Source: an uncultured Actinomycetota bacterium (GTDB taxonomy: Bacteria; Actinomycetota; Actinomycetes; Actinomycetales; Kineosporiaceae). Taken from it: 64,000 nt of DNA. A program made the position numbers and the translations under genes. The notes beneath the pieces were generated by a model, which ran no database searches, had not been told where the DNA came from, and saw only the letters and a list, made by a program, of their open reading frames with translations. Where the stretch lies: the NCBI GenBank assembly GCA_963821825.1, contig CAWGFD010000002.1, positions 798,734 to 862,733 on the forward strand. The letters are read 5' to 3'. Below are positions 33,298 through 42,526 of the stretch, piece after piece (positions within the stretch are counted from its first letter, which is position 1; every line of letters begins with the position of its first letter).

Positions 33298-34443
33298 ATG
33301 CGCCGACCTTCCCTGCTGGCCGCGGCCCTCGCGGCACCTGCCGTCCTCGCCCTCAGCGCCTGCTCCTCACCCTCCTCCGGGGCAACACCCGCGGCGAGCA
33401 GCGCGAGCAGCACGATCACGGTCGCCGCGAGCGGTGACACCAACGTTCAGGAGCTGTGGCAGCAGCTCCTGATCCCCGACTTCGAGAAGGCGCACCCCGG
33501 CTCGACGGTCAAGCTGACCTTCGACCTGCACGGCGCCAACGACCAGCAGAACTTCGCCCGGCTGGCCGCCGCCACTCAGCAGGGCAAGGACCCCGGCATG
33601 GACCTGGTGGCCAGCTTCACCGGCAAGGCCTCCAGCGCAGGCCTTCTCGCCCCGGTCGGTTCGAAGGTGCCCAACCTGTCGACGGTCGACCCGAAGGTCG
33701 TGGCGGCCGGCGGCCCGGGAGCGATCCCGTACCGCGCCTCCTCGGTCCTGCTGGCCTACAACCCCGACAAGGTCGCCCAGCCGCCCGCCACGCTGGATGA
33801 GCTGCTCACCTGGATCAAGGCCCACCCCGGGCGGTTCACCTACAACTCCCCGAAGAGCGGCGGTTCCGGGCAGGCCTTCGTGGTGTCCGTGCTGGACCGG
33901 AGCACCCCGGCCGCTGACCGGGAGGCGATGACGACCGGCTACCACCAGGACCTGGAGAAGGACTGGGCGCCGGGCTGGAAGACCCTGGCCGGCCTGAACC
34001 CCTATGTCTATCAGAAGGGGGTGTACCCCAACGGGAACAACCAGGTCCTGCAGCTGCTCTCCTCGGGGCAGATCGACATGGCCCCGGTGTGGTCCGACCA
34101 GTTCATCTCCGGCCAGGCGGCAGGAACGATCCCGGCCGCGATCAAGGCCCGGCAGCTCTCCAACCCCCCGTTCACCGGTGGTGCCGCCTACGTGGGCGTG
34201 CCCAAGGCGTCCAAGCACCAGGACCTCGCCTTCCAGCTCGCCAACTTCATGCTGACTCCGGACGAGCAGGCCAAGATCGCCGACAAGATCGCCGGTTACC
34301 CGGCCATCTCGATGAGCAAGATGAGCGCCGACATCCAGCAGAAGTTCGCTGCGGCGGACGCCAACACCCTGCGGCCGGGCTACAGCCCCGACCACAACGC
34401 CGACATCAACAACCTGTGGGACCAGAAGGTCCCTGGCCAGTGA
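33298..34443 (+). CDS. ABC-transporter substrate-binding lipoprotein (PotD/Fe3+-type family 1 solute-binding protein)
   Basis: MRRPSLLAAALAAPAVLALSAC lipobox. About 380 aa periplasmic-binding fold. First gene of a six-gene plus-strand operon. Confidence 0.8.
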   Translation: MRRPSLLAAALAAPAVLALSACSSPSSGATPAASSASSTITVAASGDTNVQELWQQLLIPDFEKAHPGSTVKLTFDLHGANDQQNFARLAAATQQGKDPGMDLVASFTGKASSAGLLAPVGSKVPNLSTVDPKVVAAGGPGAIPYRASSVLLAYNPDKVAQPPATLDELLTWIKAHPGRFTYNSPKSGGSGQAFVVSVLDRSTPAADREAMTTGYHQDLEKDWAPGWKTLAGLNPYVYQKGVYPNGNNQVLQLLSSGQIDMAPVWSDQFISGQAAGTIPAAIKARQLSNPPFTGGAAYVGVPKASKHQDLAFQLANFMLTPDEQAKIADKIAGYPAISMSKMSADIQQKFAAADANTLRPGYSPDHNADINNLWDQKVPGQ

Positions 34444-34465
34444 CGGCGACCAGGGGCGGTCAGGC

Positions 34466-35398
34466 GTGGCCGGCCGCGAACGGCCGAGGCCGCCGGTGAA
34501 GCCCTCCGTGGGTCATCGACTGGCCGGTCTGGCCCTGGCCAGCCCACCCCTGCTCCTGGTGGCGCTGTTCGTGGGGTTCCCGATCGCCACCGCGCTCGCC
34601 TACAGCCTGGGGCACACCGGCGGTCCCAACGCGACGGTGGGTCTGATCGCCAAGGACCAGGTCACGGTGGACGCCTGGTGGAAGCAGAGCCTGGGGGCCT
34701 ACACCCAGCTGTTCGCCGACGAACGCTTCCGCCGCGACCTGGTCCTGACCGTTGTCGTCTCGCTGGTCACGACGGCGGTGGTCCTGGTGCTCGCCTGGGT
34801 GATCGCCCTGTACGTCCGGCTCTCGGACACCCCGATGTCACGCATCCTGTCCGCACTGGCGGTCGTGCCCATGTTCATCCCGGTGGTCATCGCCTCGTGG
34901 GCGATCCTCACCTTCTACTCCGCCGACGGCTTCCTGCGCACGCTCGCCGCCCAGGCCCATCTCACGGCCCCAGTCTGGGGCTACACCACGACGGCGGTGG
35001 TGATCGGCCTGGTGTGGACCAACCTGCCGTTCGCCACCCTGATGGTGGTCTCGGGCGTGCAAGGCGTCCCGGACGCGCTGATCGAGGCCGGCCGGGACGC
35101 CGGTGCCTCGATGCCGCGGGTGGTCTGGAGCGTGGTGGCCCCGCTGGCGCTGGTCCCGACCGTGATCGCCGGCACCTTCACGGCCATCGGGACACTCGGC
35201 TCCTTCACGGTGCCCTACTTCACCGGGCCCAACGCACCGAAGATGCTCGGTGTCGACATGTCCGACTACTTCACCTCCTACAATCTTCCGCAGTCCTCGG
35301 TGGTGATGGCCGTCGTGGTGTTCGCGGTGGCCGCCGGCTTCGGAGCGGTCTACGTGTGGGCGAACTACCGCAGTGCAGCCGGATCGGGGCGGGCCTGA
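34466..35398 (+). CDS. ABC-transporter permease
   Basis: Six TM helices. EAA loop LIEAGRDAGAS. Start is GTG at 34466 or GTG at 34496. Confidence 0.85.
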   Translation: MAGRERPRPPVKPSVGHRLAGLALASPPLLLVALFVGFPIATALAYSLGHTGGPNATVGLIAKDQVTVDAWWKQSLGAYTQLFADERFRRDLVLTVVVSLVTTAVVLVLAWVIALYVRLSDTPMSRILSALAVVPMFIPVVIASWAILTFYSADGFLRTLAAQAHLTAPVWGYTTTAVVIGLVWTNLPFATLMVVSGVQGVPDALIEAGRDAGASMPRVVWSVVAPLALVPTVIAGTFTAIGTLGSFTVPYFTGPNAPKMLGVDMSDYFTSYNLPQSSVVMAVVVFAVAAGFGAVYVWANYRSAAGSGRA

Positions 35399-35399
35399 A

Positions 35400-36305
35400 A
35401 TGAGCGTGGGCATCCGTCGTGACGCAGTTACGCTGTCCCCCAGGCCCTCCGCCGCCGAGGCGGAACCGGTGCCGGCGACCACCCTGCGCCCCGGCGCCCG
35501 GGCCTGGGCGGCCCGGGGCGCGACCGCCGCGCTCGTCGTCCTGCTGGCCGTCTTCGTCCTCGGACCGCTGCTCTGGCTCGGCGTCCGGGCCTTCGCCACG
35601 AGCTGGACCTACCCCTCGCTGACCCCGGACGGGTGGACCCTCAGCTGGTGGCGGGCGGTGTTCGCCGATCCCAACCTCAAGGGGTCGGTCGCCCTGTCCT
35701 TCGAGTTCGCCGTGGTCACCATGACCATCTCGGCCCTGGTCTGCCTGCCCGCGGCGTACGCGTTCGCCCGGTTCGACTTCCCGGGTCGGCGGGTCTTCCT
35801 GATCGGCCTGTTCGCCACCAACGCCTTCCCCAAGATGGGGCTGTTCGTCGCCCTGGCCTCGCTGTTCTACACCCTGGGCCTGATGTCGACCTTCACCGGC
35901 GTGGTCATCATCCATCTGCTGGGCACCGTCGTGTTCATGACCTGGATCCCCGCGGCGGCGTTCGCGGCCGTGCCCCGGGCCTATGAGGAGGCGGCCCGGG
36001 ATGCCGGGGCGGGGCGGGTCAGGGTGCTGCGCACGATCACCCTGCCGCTGGCCCTGCCCGGGATCGTGGTCGCGCTGATCATGAGCTTCCTCGCCTCCTT
36101 CGACGAGGCGCAGGGCACCTACCTGGTCGGTAACCCCGACTACGTGACGATGCCGACCCAGATGTACTCCCTCGTCCTGAACTACCCGCCGCAGGTGGCT
36201 GCGGTGTTCTCCATCCTCATGGCCATCCCCTCCGCCGCCCTGCTCCTGCTCGTCCGCAAGCACGTCATGGGTGGCCAGCTCGCCGAAGGGTTCCAGATCA
36301 GATGA
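35400..36305 (+). CDS. ABC-transporter permease
   Basis: ATG at 35400, 1 nt after the previous stop. EAA loop YEEAARDAGAG. Six TM helices. Confidence 0.85.
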   Translation: MSVGIRRDAVTLSPRPSAAEAEPVPATTLRPGARAWAARGATAALVVLLAVFVLGPLLWLGVRAFATSWTYPSLTPDGWTLSWWRAVFADPNLKGSVALSFEFAVVTMTISALVCLPAAYAFARFDFPGRRVFLIGLFATNAFPKMGLFVALASLFYTLGLMSTFTGVVIIHLLGTVVFMTWIPAAAFAAVPRAYEEAARDAGAGRVRVLRTITLPLALPGIVVALIMSFLASFDEAQGTYLVGNPDYVTMPTQMYSLVLNYPPQVAAVFSILMAIPSAALLLLVRKHVMGGQLAEGFQIR

Positions 36306-37384
36306 ACGACACCGAGAGCAGCGAGCAGCGCGGCCTGGCGATGCGTGGTGTGCACAAGGTTCTCGGCGGCCGCACCATCGTGGACGACCTCGACCTGGTC
36401 GTGGCCAAGGGCGAGCTGGTCTGCCTGCTCGGCCCCTCGGGCTGCGGCAAGACGACGACGCTGCGCATGGTCGCCGGCTTCCTGCAGCCGGAGGCGGGTC
36501 GCGTGGTGATCGGGGGCCGGGACGTCACCGGCGTGCCGCCGGAGCGCCGACCCACCGCGATGGTGTTCCAGAACTACGCGCTCTGGCCCCACATGTCGGT
36601 GTTCGACAACGTCGCCTTCCCGCTGAGGCTGCGCCGCACGCCGAAGGCGCAGCTGCGCAGGCAGGTCGAGGAGACCCTCGAGCTCGTCGGCCTGGGCCAC
36701 CACCAGCGCTCGCGTCCGGCCCGGATCTCCGGTGGTGAGCAGCAGCGGGTGGCCCTGGCCCGGGCGCTGGTGCAGCGGCCAGAGGTGCTGCTGCTGGACG
36801 AGCCGCTGTCCAACCTGGACGCCAAGCTGCGGGTGCGGGTGCGCGAGGACATCCGCGAGATCCAGCAGCGGCTCGGGATCACCACCGTCGTGGTCACCCA
36901 CGACCAGGACGAGGCGCTGTCGATCTCCGACCGGGTGGCGGTGATGAACCAGGGACGGATCGAGCAGTACGCCACCCCCGGTGAGCTGTACCGCACGCCG
37001 GCCACCACGTTCGTCGGCGGTTTCGTGGGGGCGACGAACGCCGTCGCCGGCCAGGTCGATCCAGGCGGCGGCTCGGCCGCCGTCGTGCTCGGGGGCCGGC
37101 GGGTGCCGGTGGCCAGCACGAACCTGGAACCCGGTACGGCGACCACGGCGGCCGACACGCTCGCCGTCCGCCCTGAGGACGTGGTGGTCGGGCGGGACGG
37201 CGCGCCCGCCACCGTCGACCGGGTGATCCCCCGGGGCCACTTCACCGAGGTGGTGCTGCAGCTCGGCGGGCAGACGCTGAGGGCCTACGTGGACGCGGAC
37301 GCCGCCGCCCTCGCGCACCCGGGGGCCGAGGTGGCGGTGCGGTTCCGGCGGGCCCTGGTCTACCGCGAGGGGGTCCTGGCGTGA
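36302..37384 (+). CDS. ABC-transporter ATP-binding protein (PotA/FbpC/MalK-like, with C-terminal regulatory domain)
   Basis: Walker A LLGPSGCGKTT. Signature ISGGEQQRVALARAL. Walker B LLLDEPLSNLD. ATGA overlap with the permease. Confidence 0.95.
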   Translation: MNDTESSEQRGLAMRGVHKVLGGRTIVDDLDLVVAKGELVCLLGPSGCGKTTTLRMVAGFLQPEAGRVVIGGRDVTGVPPERRPTAMVFQNYALWPHMSVFDNVAFPLRLRRTPKAQLRRQVEETLELVGLGHHQRSRPARISGGEQQRVALARALVQRPEVLLLDEPLSNLDAKLRVRVREDIREIQQRLGITTVVVTHDQDEALSISDRVAVMNQGRIEQYATPGELYRTPATTFVGGFVGATNAVAGQVDPGGGSAAVVLGGRRVPVASTNLEPGTATTAADTLAVRPEDVVVGRDGAPATVDRVIPRGHFTEVVLQLGGQTLRAYVDADAAALAHPGAEVAVRFRRALVYREGVLA

Positions 37385-38220
37385 GGCCCGGGCCGGCCGA
37401 CGGCGAGACGGCGGGCGAGCCGCCGCGGTGGCCGCGCCCGCGCGCGGGAGGGCAGCGGGTGCTGGCCGTCGCGCACCGCGGGGACCCGGTCGGTCACCGG
37501 GAGAACACCCTGCCGGCGGTTCGCGCGGCGGTGGCCGCCGGGGCCGACCTGGTCGAGGTGGACGTCAAGACGACCGCCGACGGGGTCAGCGTGGTGCTGC
37601 ACGACGACAGTCTGGCGCGGCTGTGGGAGGTCGACCGCGACGTCCGGACGATGACCGCACAGGAGGTCGCGGACGCCGTCGCGGTGGCCGCCCGCCGAGC
37701 CGGGGTGGTGCCGGTGGGGGCCTGCGAGCCACGCGTCCCGCTCCTGGAGGAGACCCTGCACGCCGTCGCCGGCACCCCCAGCGGGCTCCTGATCGACCTG
37801 AACTCGGTCGGCGCGGCGGCCACCGCCCAGGCCACCGTGGAGCGGGTGGTGGCCTCCGGGGTGGTCGGCGGCGACCAGGTGGCCTGGTGTGGGCACCCCG
37901 AGGCGCTGCGCACCGTCCGGGCCGCCGACCCGCAGGCGCGGGTCTTCCTGTCCTGGGGGGAGGAGATCCTCGGCGGGCTGCCGCCCGAGGGTCTGCTCGC
38001 CGAGCTGCGGCCGGAGGCGTTCAACCCGCACTGGGGCCTGGTCGGCCCCGACGTGCGCAGCTGGGCCGACGAGCGCGGCCTCGCGCTGTCGTGCTGGACC
38101 GTCGACGACGCCGCCGCCCTGCGGGCCGTGCTGGAGCAAGGAGTGGACGCCGTGATCAGCAACCGGGTGGAGCTGGTCGTCGGGGCGGTCCGGGCCTGGA
38201 ACGCAAAGGGGCGGTCATGA
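37381..38220 (+). CDS. Glycerophosphodiester phosphodiesterase (GDPD, UgpQ/GlpQ family)
   Basis: LAVAHRGDPVGHRENT and LVEVDVKTTADGVSVVLHD are the GDPD catalytic motifs. Start is either GTG at 37381 (GTGA overlap) or GTG at 37459 (preceded by GGGAGGG). Confidence 0.8.
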   Translation: MRPGPADGETAGEPPRWPRPRAGGQRVLAVAHRGDPVGHRENTLPAVRAAVAAGADLVEVDVKTTADGVSVVLHDDSLARLWEVDRDVRTMTAQEVADAVAVAARRAGVVPVGACEPRVPLLEETLHAVAGTPSGLLIDLNSVGAAATAQATVERVVASGVVGGDQVAWCGHPEALRTVRAADPQARVFLSWGEEILGGLPPEGLLAELRPEAFNPHWGLVGPDVRSWADERGLALSCWTVDDAAALRAVLEQGVDAVISNRVELVVGAVRAWNAKGRS

Positions 38221-39017
38221 GCCCCGCCCCGGTGGACCTCGAGGCTGCGCTGGCCGTGGCCGTCGAGTGCGCGGACCTGGCCGCGCACGTGCTGGCGACC
38301 ACCGCGCTGGGTGCGGTGCGGACGAAGGCGCACGTGGCCGACGTGGTCACCGACGTCGACGTCGCGACGGAGCGCGCGGTGCGCAGCCACCTGGCCGCGG
38401 CCTTCCCCGAGCACGTGGTGGTCGGTGAGGAGCTCGGCGGCACGCCGGGCGCGGGGCCGACGTGGTGGTGCGATCCGGTGGACGGCACCACGAACCTGGC
38501 CGCCGGCCTGCCGTGGACCTCGTTCTCGCTGGCCCTGTCCACCGGCCGCCAGCCGCTGGTCGGCGTGGTCGCCGACCCCTGGCGCGGTGAGGTGCTGTCC
38601 GCCGCGGCCGGTCGGGGGGCGTGGCGCCGCCGGGCCGACGGCTCGACGCTGCCCCTGGCGGCCAGCGGCGCGAGGACCCTGGCCGGGGCGGTGGTGCTCA
38701 CCGAGTGGGCCGCCCACCTGCCCTGGCCGGGGATGCTGGAGCTGGTCGACGCCCTCGGCCGACGGGGCTGCACCAGCCGGATCATGGGCTCGGGGACGCT
38801 GTCGGTGGCCTCGGTGGGCGCGGGCCGCTGCGCCGGGGCGGTGATCGGGGAGTTCCACCCCGAGGATCATCTCGCGGCCGTGCTGATCGCCACCGAGGCC
38901 GGCGCGCTGGTCGGGGACAGGAACGGCGAGCAGGTGGTGTGGCCGGCAGGCGGGCCGTTCACGGTGTCCGCGCCGGGGGTCCACCGGGAGCTGCACCAGC
39001 TGGTCCAGAGCAGCTGA
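38217..39017 (+). CDS. Inositol-monophosphatase-family phosphatase
   Basis: ATGA overlap with the GDPD gene. Metal-binding motifs VVGEELGG and WWCDPVDGTTN. 266 aa. Confidence 0.85.
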   Translation: MSPAPVDLEAALAVAVECADLAAHVLATTALGAVRTKAHVADVVTDVDVATERAVRSHLAAAFPEHVVVGEELGGTPGAGPTWWCDPVDGTTNLAAGLPWTSFSLALSTGRQPLVGVVADPWRGEVLSAAAGRGAWRRRADGSTLPLAASGARTLAGAVVLTEWAAHLPWPGMLELVDALGRRGCTSRIMGSGTLSVASVGAGRCAGAVIGEFHPEDHLAAVLIATEAGALVGDRNGEQVVWPAGGPFTVSAPGVHRELHQLVQSS

Positions 39018-39041
39018 CCCCGGCTCCCCGGGCGGGGGACC

Positions 39042-39067
39042 GAATCGTATTAGCGCTGTTACGATTC
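39042..39067. promoter_or_regulatory. Palindrome GAATCGTA-N10-TACGATTC, candidate MarR autoregulatory operator
   Basis: Perfect 8-bp arms ending 5 nt before the GTG start of the MarR gene at 39072. Locally AT-richer than its surroundings. Confidence 0.45.
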
Positions 39068-39071
39068 TCCG

Positions 39072-39629
39072 GTGCCCTCGCCCGGAGTCGACGACCTGGA
39101 CCCCGGCCCGGGGCTGTGGGCGCCGCTGTTCGCCCTGCTGGCCGACATGGACGGCCAGATCGCCGCGCTGTACGCCGAGTGCGGTCTGTCGGAGGTGCGG
39201 CCGCGCTTCGCCCGGCCGCTGATGCTGGTCGCCGGCTCCCCGGACGGCGCGAGTGGCACCAGCGGCCCGGGGCTGACCATCCGTGCCCTGGCCGGCAGCT
39301 GCGCGGTCACCCACTCGGCGATGAGCCAGACGGTGGCTGCGATGCGGCGGTCGGGGCTGGTGCAGACCAACGCCGGAGCCGACGCCCGCACCCGGGTCGT
39401 CCGGCTCACCGACCGCGGCCGGCAGGTGCTGCCGTTCGTGAAGGCCGAGTGGGCGGCCACCGAGGCGGCGCTGGCCGAGCTGGAGCAGGACCTGCCGCAC
39501 CCGGTCACCGAGGTGGTGGCCCAGGTGGCTCAGGCCCTGGCTGCCCGCCCGTTCGCCGAGCGGATCCGCACTCACCTGACCGCCGGGCCGGACGGCGCGG
39601 CAGGCCGGGAACGGTGGGCCGGCCGATGA
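39072..39629 (+). CDS. MarR-family transcriptional regulator
   Basis: LTIRALAGSCAVTHSAMSQTVAAMRRSGLVQTNAGADARTRVVRLTDRG winged-helix core. ATGA-coupled to the downstream MFS gene. Confidence 0.8.
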   Translation: MPSPGVDDLDPGPGLWAPLFALLADMDGQIAALYAECGLSEVRPRFARPLMLVAGSPDGASGTSGPGLTIRALAGSCAVTHSAMSQTVAAMRRSGLVQTNAGADARTRVVRLTDRGRQVLPFVKAEWAATEAALAELEQDLPHPVTEVVAQVAQALAARPFAERIRTHLTAGPDGAAGRERWAGR

Positions 39630-40879
39630 TCGCCGGGCACCTGGTCGACCTGTCCCCGCTGCGGGCCAGCCGGCCCTTCCGGGTGCTGTGGGTGAGCAGC
39701 GCCGTCTCGGTGCTGGGCAGCCAGATCGGCTCCTTCGCCGTCCTGCTCTACGTCTGGCAGCTGACCCACGACCCGTTCTGGACCGGCGGTGCCGCGCTGG
39801 TCCGCGCCGTGCCCACCGTGGTCTTCGCGCTGGCGGGGGGCAGCCTGGCCGACGCCACCGACCGCCGTCGGCTGGTGCTGGTCACCGCCGTCGGCCAGCT
39901 CATCACCGCGACCCTGATGGCCGCCCTGGTGCTGGCCGACCTGGGGCGGCTCTGGCCGGTGCTGGGGCTGCTGGCCGTGCAGTCCGCGTTCGCGGCCGCC
40001 GGCGCCCCGGCCCGGCGCAGCTTCGTCGTCCGGCTGCTGCCGGCCCACCAGGTCGGGGCCGGCGTCGCGCTGACCATGGGCGCCTGGCAGGTGGCCGGGC
40101 TGGTCGGCCCGGCCCTGGGTGGTGTGCTGGCCGGGCTCGCCGGCCTGCGGGTGTGCTTCGCCGTGGACGCCGCCACCTACCTGGTCGCTATGTGGGGCAT
40201 CTGGTCGCTGCCGGCGATGCCGCCGCAGTCCCGGGAGCACCCGCCCGGGCTCGCCTCGGTGCTGGCCGGGTTCGCCTTCGTCACGGCCCGCCCGGTGCTG
40301 GCCGGCGCCTTCCTGTCCGACGTCGCCGCGATGGTGCTGGCCATGCCGATCGCCCTGTTCCCGGCGGTCAGTGCGCAGCGGTACGGAGGCCAGCCGCAGG
40401 TCGTCGGCGCCTTCATGAGTGCGGTGGCGGCCGGCGGCCTGCTGGCCACCGGGTTCTCCGGGCGCTTCTCCGCCGCCCGCCGGCCCGGCGCGGCGATGCT
40501 GGCCGCCGCCACCACCTGGGGTCTGGCCCTGACCGTCTTCGGGCTGACCTCCCGGCTGTGGCTGGCGCTGACCGCGCTGGCCGTGGCCGGCGTCGCCGAC
40601 TCGCTGGCCGTGCTCAGCCGGACCACGATCGTGCAGCTGGCCACGCCCGACGCCTACCGCGGAAGGGTCGGCGCCATCGACCACGTGGTCGGCCTGGGCG
40701 GCCCCGAGCTGGGTAACTTCCGGGGCGGACTGGTGGCCTCGTTGACCTCCACCGGGCTCGCGCTGGTCTCCGGTGGCCTGCTGTCGGTGGTCGGCATCCT
40801 CGCCGTGAGCGCGCTGTTCCCCGCGCTACGCCGGTTCGGTGGCCAGGACGCCGCCGAGCCCGCCGTCCCGGCTGGTTGA
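39626..40879 (+). CDS. MFS transporter (EntS/YbdA-like exporter type)
   Basis: Start MIAGHLVDLSPLRASRPFRVLWVSSAVSVLGSQIG at 39626. 12 TM helices. GGSLADATDRRRL motif A. Its stop lies inside the first copy of the 15-bp repeat. Confidence 0.85.
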   Translation: MIAGHLVDLSPLRASRPFRVLWVSSAVSVLGSQIGSFAVLLYVWQLTHDPFWTGGAALVRAVPTVVFALAGGSLADATDRRRLVLVTAVGQLITATLMAALVLADLGRLWPVLGLLAVQSAFAAAGAPARRSFVVRLLPAHQVGAGVALTMGAWQVAGLVGPALGGVLAGLAGLRVCFAVDAATYLVAMWGIWSLPAMPPQSREHPPGLASVLAGFAFVTARPVLAGAFLSDVAAMVLAMPIALFPAVSAQRYGGQPQVVGAFMSAVAAGGLLATGFSGRFSAARRPGAAMLAAATTWGLALTVFGLTSRLWLALTALAVAGVADSLAVLSRTTIVQLATPDAYRGRVGAIDHVVGLGGPELGNFRGGLVASLTSTGLALVSGGLLSVVGILAVSALFPALRRFGGQDAAEPAVPAG

Positions 40880-42526
40880 GTCCCGGCTGGTTGAGTCCCG
40901 GCTGGTTGAGTCCCGGCCGGTTGAGTCCCCGACGGGGTTGTAGAAGCACTTCTCCGCCCGGCCGCTGGCCACCTCACCGGCGAAGGTGACCAGGTGGTGG
41001 CTCACGGTGGCGATGTGGATGACCTTCTCGATCCGGCCCTGGCGCAGCAGCGGGAGGGCCATCGACCAGAACTGCCGCCGGTAGCCGCCCCGGACGCCGA
41101 GGTGCCAGAACGTGCGGCCAAGCACCGGCAGCCCTCGGCGCAGCTGGCCCGCGGTCGGCCGGCGGGCCCGGCGCGGCAGCCGGTTCGGGTAGGTGTGGCG
41201 CAGCTGGTGGGTGAAGCGCGCGTACAGCGCGGCCGGCGTGAACGCCTGGGTGACCGTCTCCCGCCAGCTCGCCACCACGTCGTCGTAGGGGCGCAAGAAG
41301 GCCACGTTGGACTCCCGGTCCCCAGGAGCAGTGAGCAGCCGGCCCTCGGCGCTCAGCCTGTCCCACAGCGGGGTGCGGGGCAGGGCGTGCAGCAGGTTGA
41401 TGGTCAGCATCGGCACCTGCGAGGCCTCGATGAAGTCCAGCACGCGCCTGCCGCTGTGCTCGTCGTCGGTGTCCAGGCCCATGATGATGCCGGCCACCGC
41501 CTCGATCCCGAAGGAGTTGATCCGCTCGATCGACTCCAGCAGCGGCAGCCGGGTGTTCTGGCGCTTGCCGATCAACCGCAGGCCGCTCAGCTCCGGCGAC
41601 TCCACCCCCAGGAACACCTCGACGAAGGACGCCTCGCGCATCAGCTCCAGGACGTTGCGGCGCTGGGCCAGGTTCATCGTCGCCTCGCAGGCGAAGGACA
41701 CCGGGTAGTCGCGCTCGCGCTGCCAGGTGACCAGCGCGCGCAGCAGGGCCAGGGCCGCGTGCGGGTTGCCGATGAAGTTGTCGTCGACGAAGTAGACCGT
41801 GCCCGGGTTGCCGCGGGCCAGCATGGCGTCGAGCTCGCGGGTGACCTGCTCGGGCGACTTCAGCCGCGGGTTGCGCCCGTACAACCCGGGGATGTCGCAG
41901 AACTCGCAGCTGAACGGGCAGCCGCTGGAGAACTGGACGCTGGCCACCAGGTACCGTCCGACGTCGATCAGGTGGTAGGCCGGGGTCGGGAACTCCTGCA
42001 TCGGCAGCCGGTCCTGGGTCCGGTACACCTCCTGGGTCGCCGGCCGTGCCTGGCCCCGGGAGAGCCGCTCCAGCAGAGCGTCGGTGGCGTCGCCGAGCTC
42101 GCCCACGTGCAGCAGGTCCACGTCCGGGTACAGCTCGGGGCTGGCGGAGACCGAGGGCCCGCCCAGCACGGTCAGGACGTCGCGGGCGTGCGCCCGGCGG
42201 TTGAGCTCCTCCACCCGCCCGCGCTGCACGTGCATCGCGGTCAGCAGGACGACGTCGGCCCAGTCCAGGTCCTGGTCCCCGACCTCGGCCAGGTTCTCGT
42301 CCACCACCCGCACCGACCAGGACCGCGGCAGGTAGGCCGCGATCGTCAGCAGGCCCTGCGGGGGCATGAAGGCGTCCACCCCGACCAGGGGGAAGACGTG
42401 GTCGAAGGTGCCGAACGAGCGGGCGTACCGCGGGAAGACGCACAGCACCCGAAGCCCGCCCCGCCGCTGCCCGCGGGGGGACCGGGCCACCGTTCCTCGG
42501 CCCGGCCCCCGCAGCGGGTTGCTCAC
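40826..42526 (-). CDS. B12-binding-domain radical SAM protein with DUF4070-like C-terminal region
   Basis: GTG at 42526. N-terminal cobalamin-binding-type region (RVLCVFPRYA...LLTIAAYLP...VVLLTAMH). Radical SAM cluster SSGCPFSCEFCDI (CX3CX2C). The C-terminal tail is the DSTSR repeat. The 3' end overlaps the convergent MFS gene by 54 nt. Confidence 0.85.
   Translation of the reverse strand: MSNPLRGPGRGTVARSPRGQRRGGLRVLCVFPRYARSFGTFDHVFPLVGVDAFMPPQGLLTIAAYLPRSWSVRVVDENLAEVGDQDLDWADVVLLTAMHVQRGRVEELNRRAHARDVLTVLGGPSVSASPELYPDVDLLHVGELGDATDALLERLSRGQARPATQEVYRTQDRLPMQEFPTPAYHLIDVGRYLVASVQFSSGCPFSCEFCDIPGLYGRNPRLKSPEQVTRELDAMLARGNPGTVYFVDDNFIGNPHAALALLRALVTWQRERDYPVSFACEATMNLAQRRNVLELMREASFVEVFLGVESPELSGLRLIGKRQNTRLPLLESIERINSFGIEAVAGIIMGLDTDDEHSGRRVLDFIEASQVPMLTINLLHALPRTPLWDRLSAEGRLLTAPGDRESNVAFLRPYDDVVASWRETVTQAFTPAALYARFTHQLRHTYPNRLPRRARRPTAGQLRRGLPVLGRTFWHLGVRGGYRRQFWSMALPLLRQGRIEKVIHIATVSHHLVTFAGEVASGRAEKCFYNPVGDSTGRDSTSRDSTSRDSTSRDGGLGGVLATEPA
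40865..40930. repeat. 15-bp tandem repeat (gtcccggctggttga, about 4.4 copies)
   Basis: Units at 40865, 40880, 40895 and 40910 (1 mismatch), plus a partial copy. The plus strand supplies the MFS stop. The minus strand encodes DSTGR-DSTSR-DSTSR-DSTSR at the radical SAM C-terminus. Confidence 0.95.

Noticed and set aside
37494-39575. 693-aa minus-strand ORF; similar long antisense ORFs at 45458-47341, 46411-48015, 7195-8523, 13937-15064 and 28033-29292
   Set aside because: All overlap motif-supported genes on the other strand (GDPD/IMPase/MarR, DMT/YcaQ, MFS, NuoF-like, PutA), and none has a recognisable domain.
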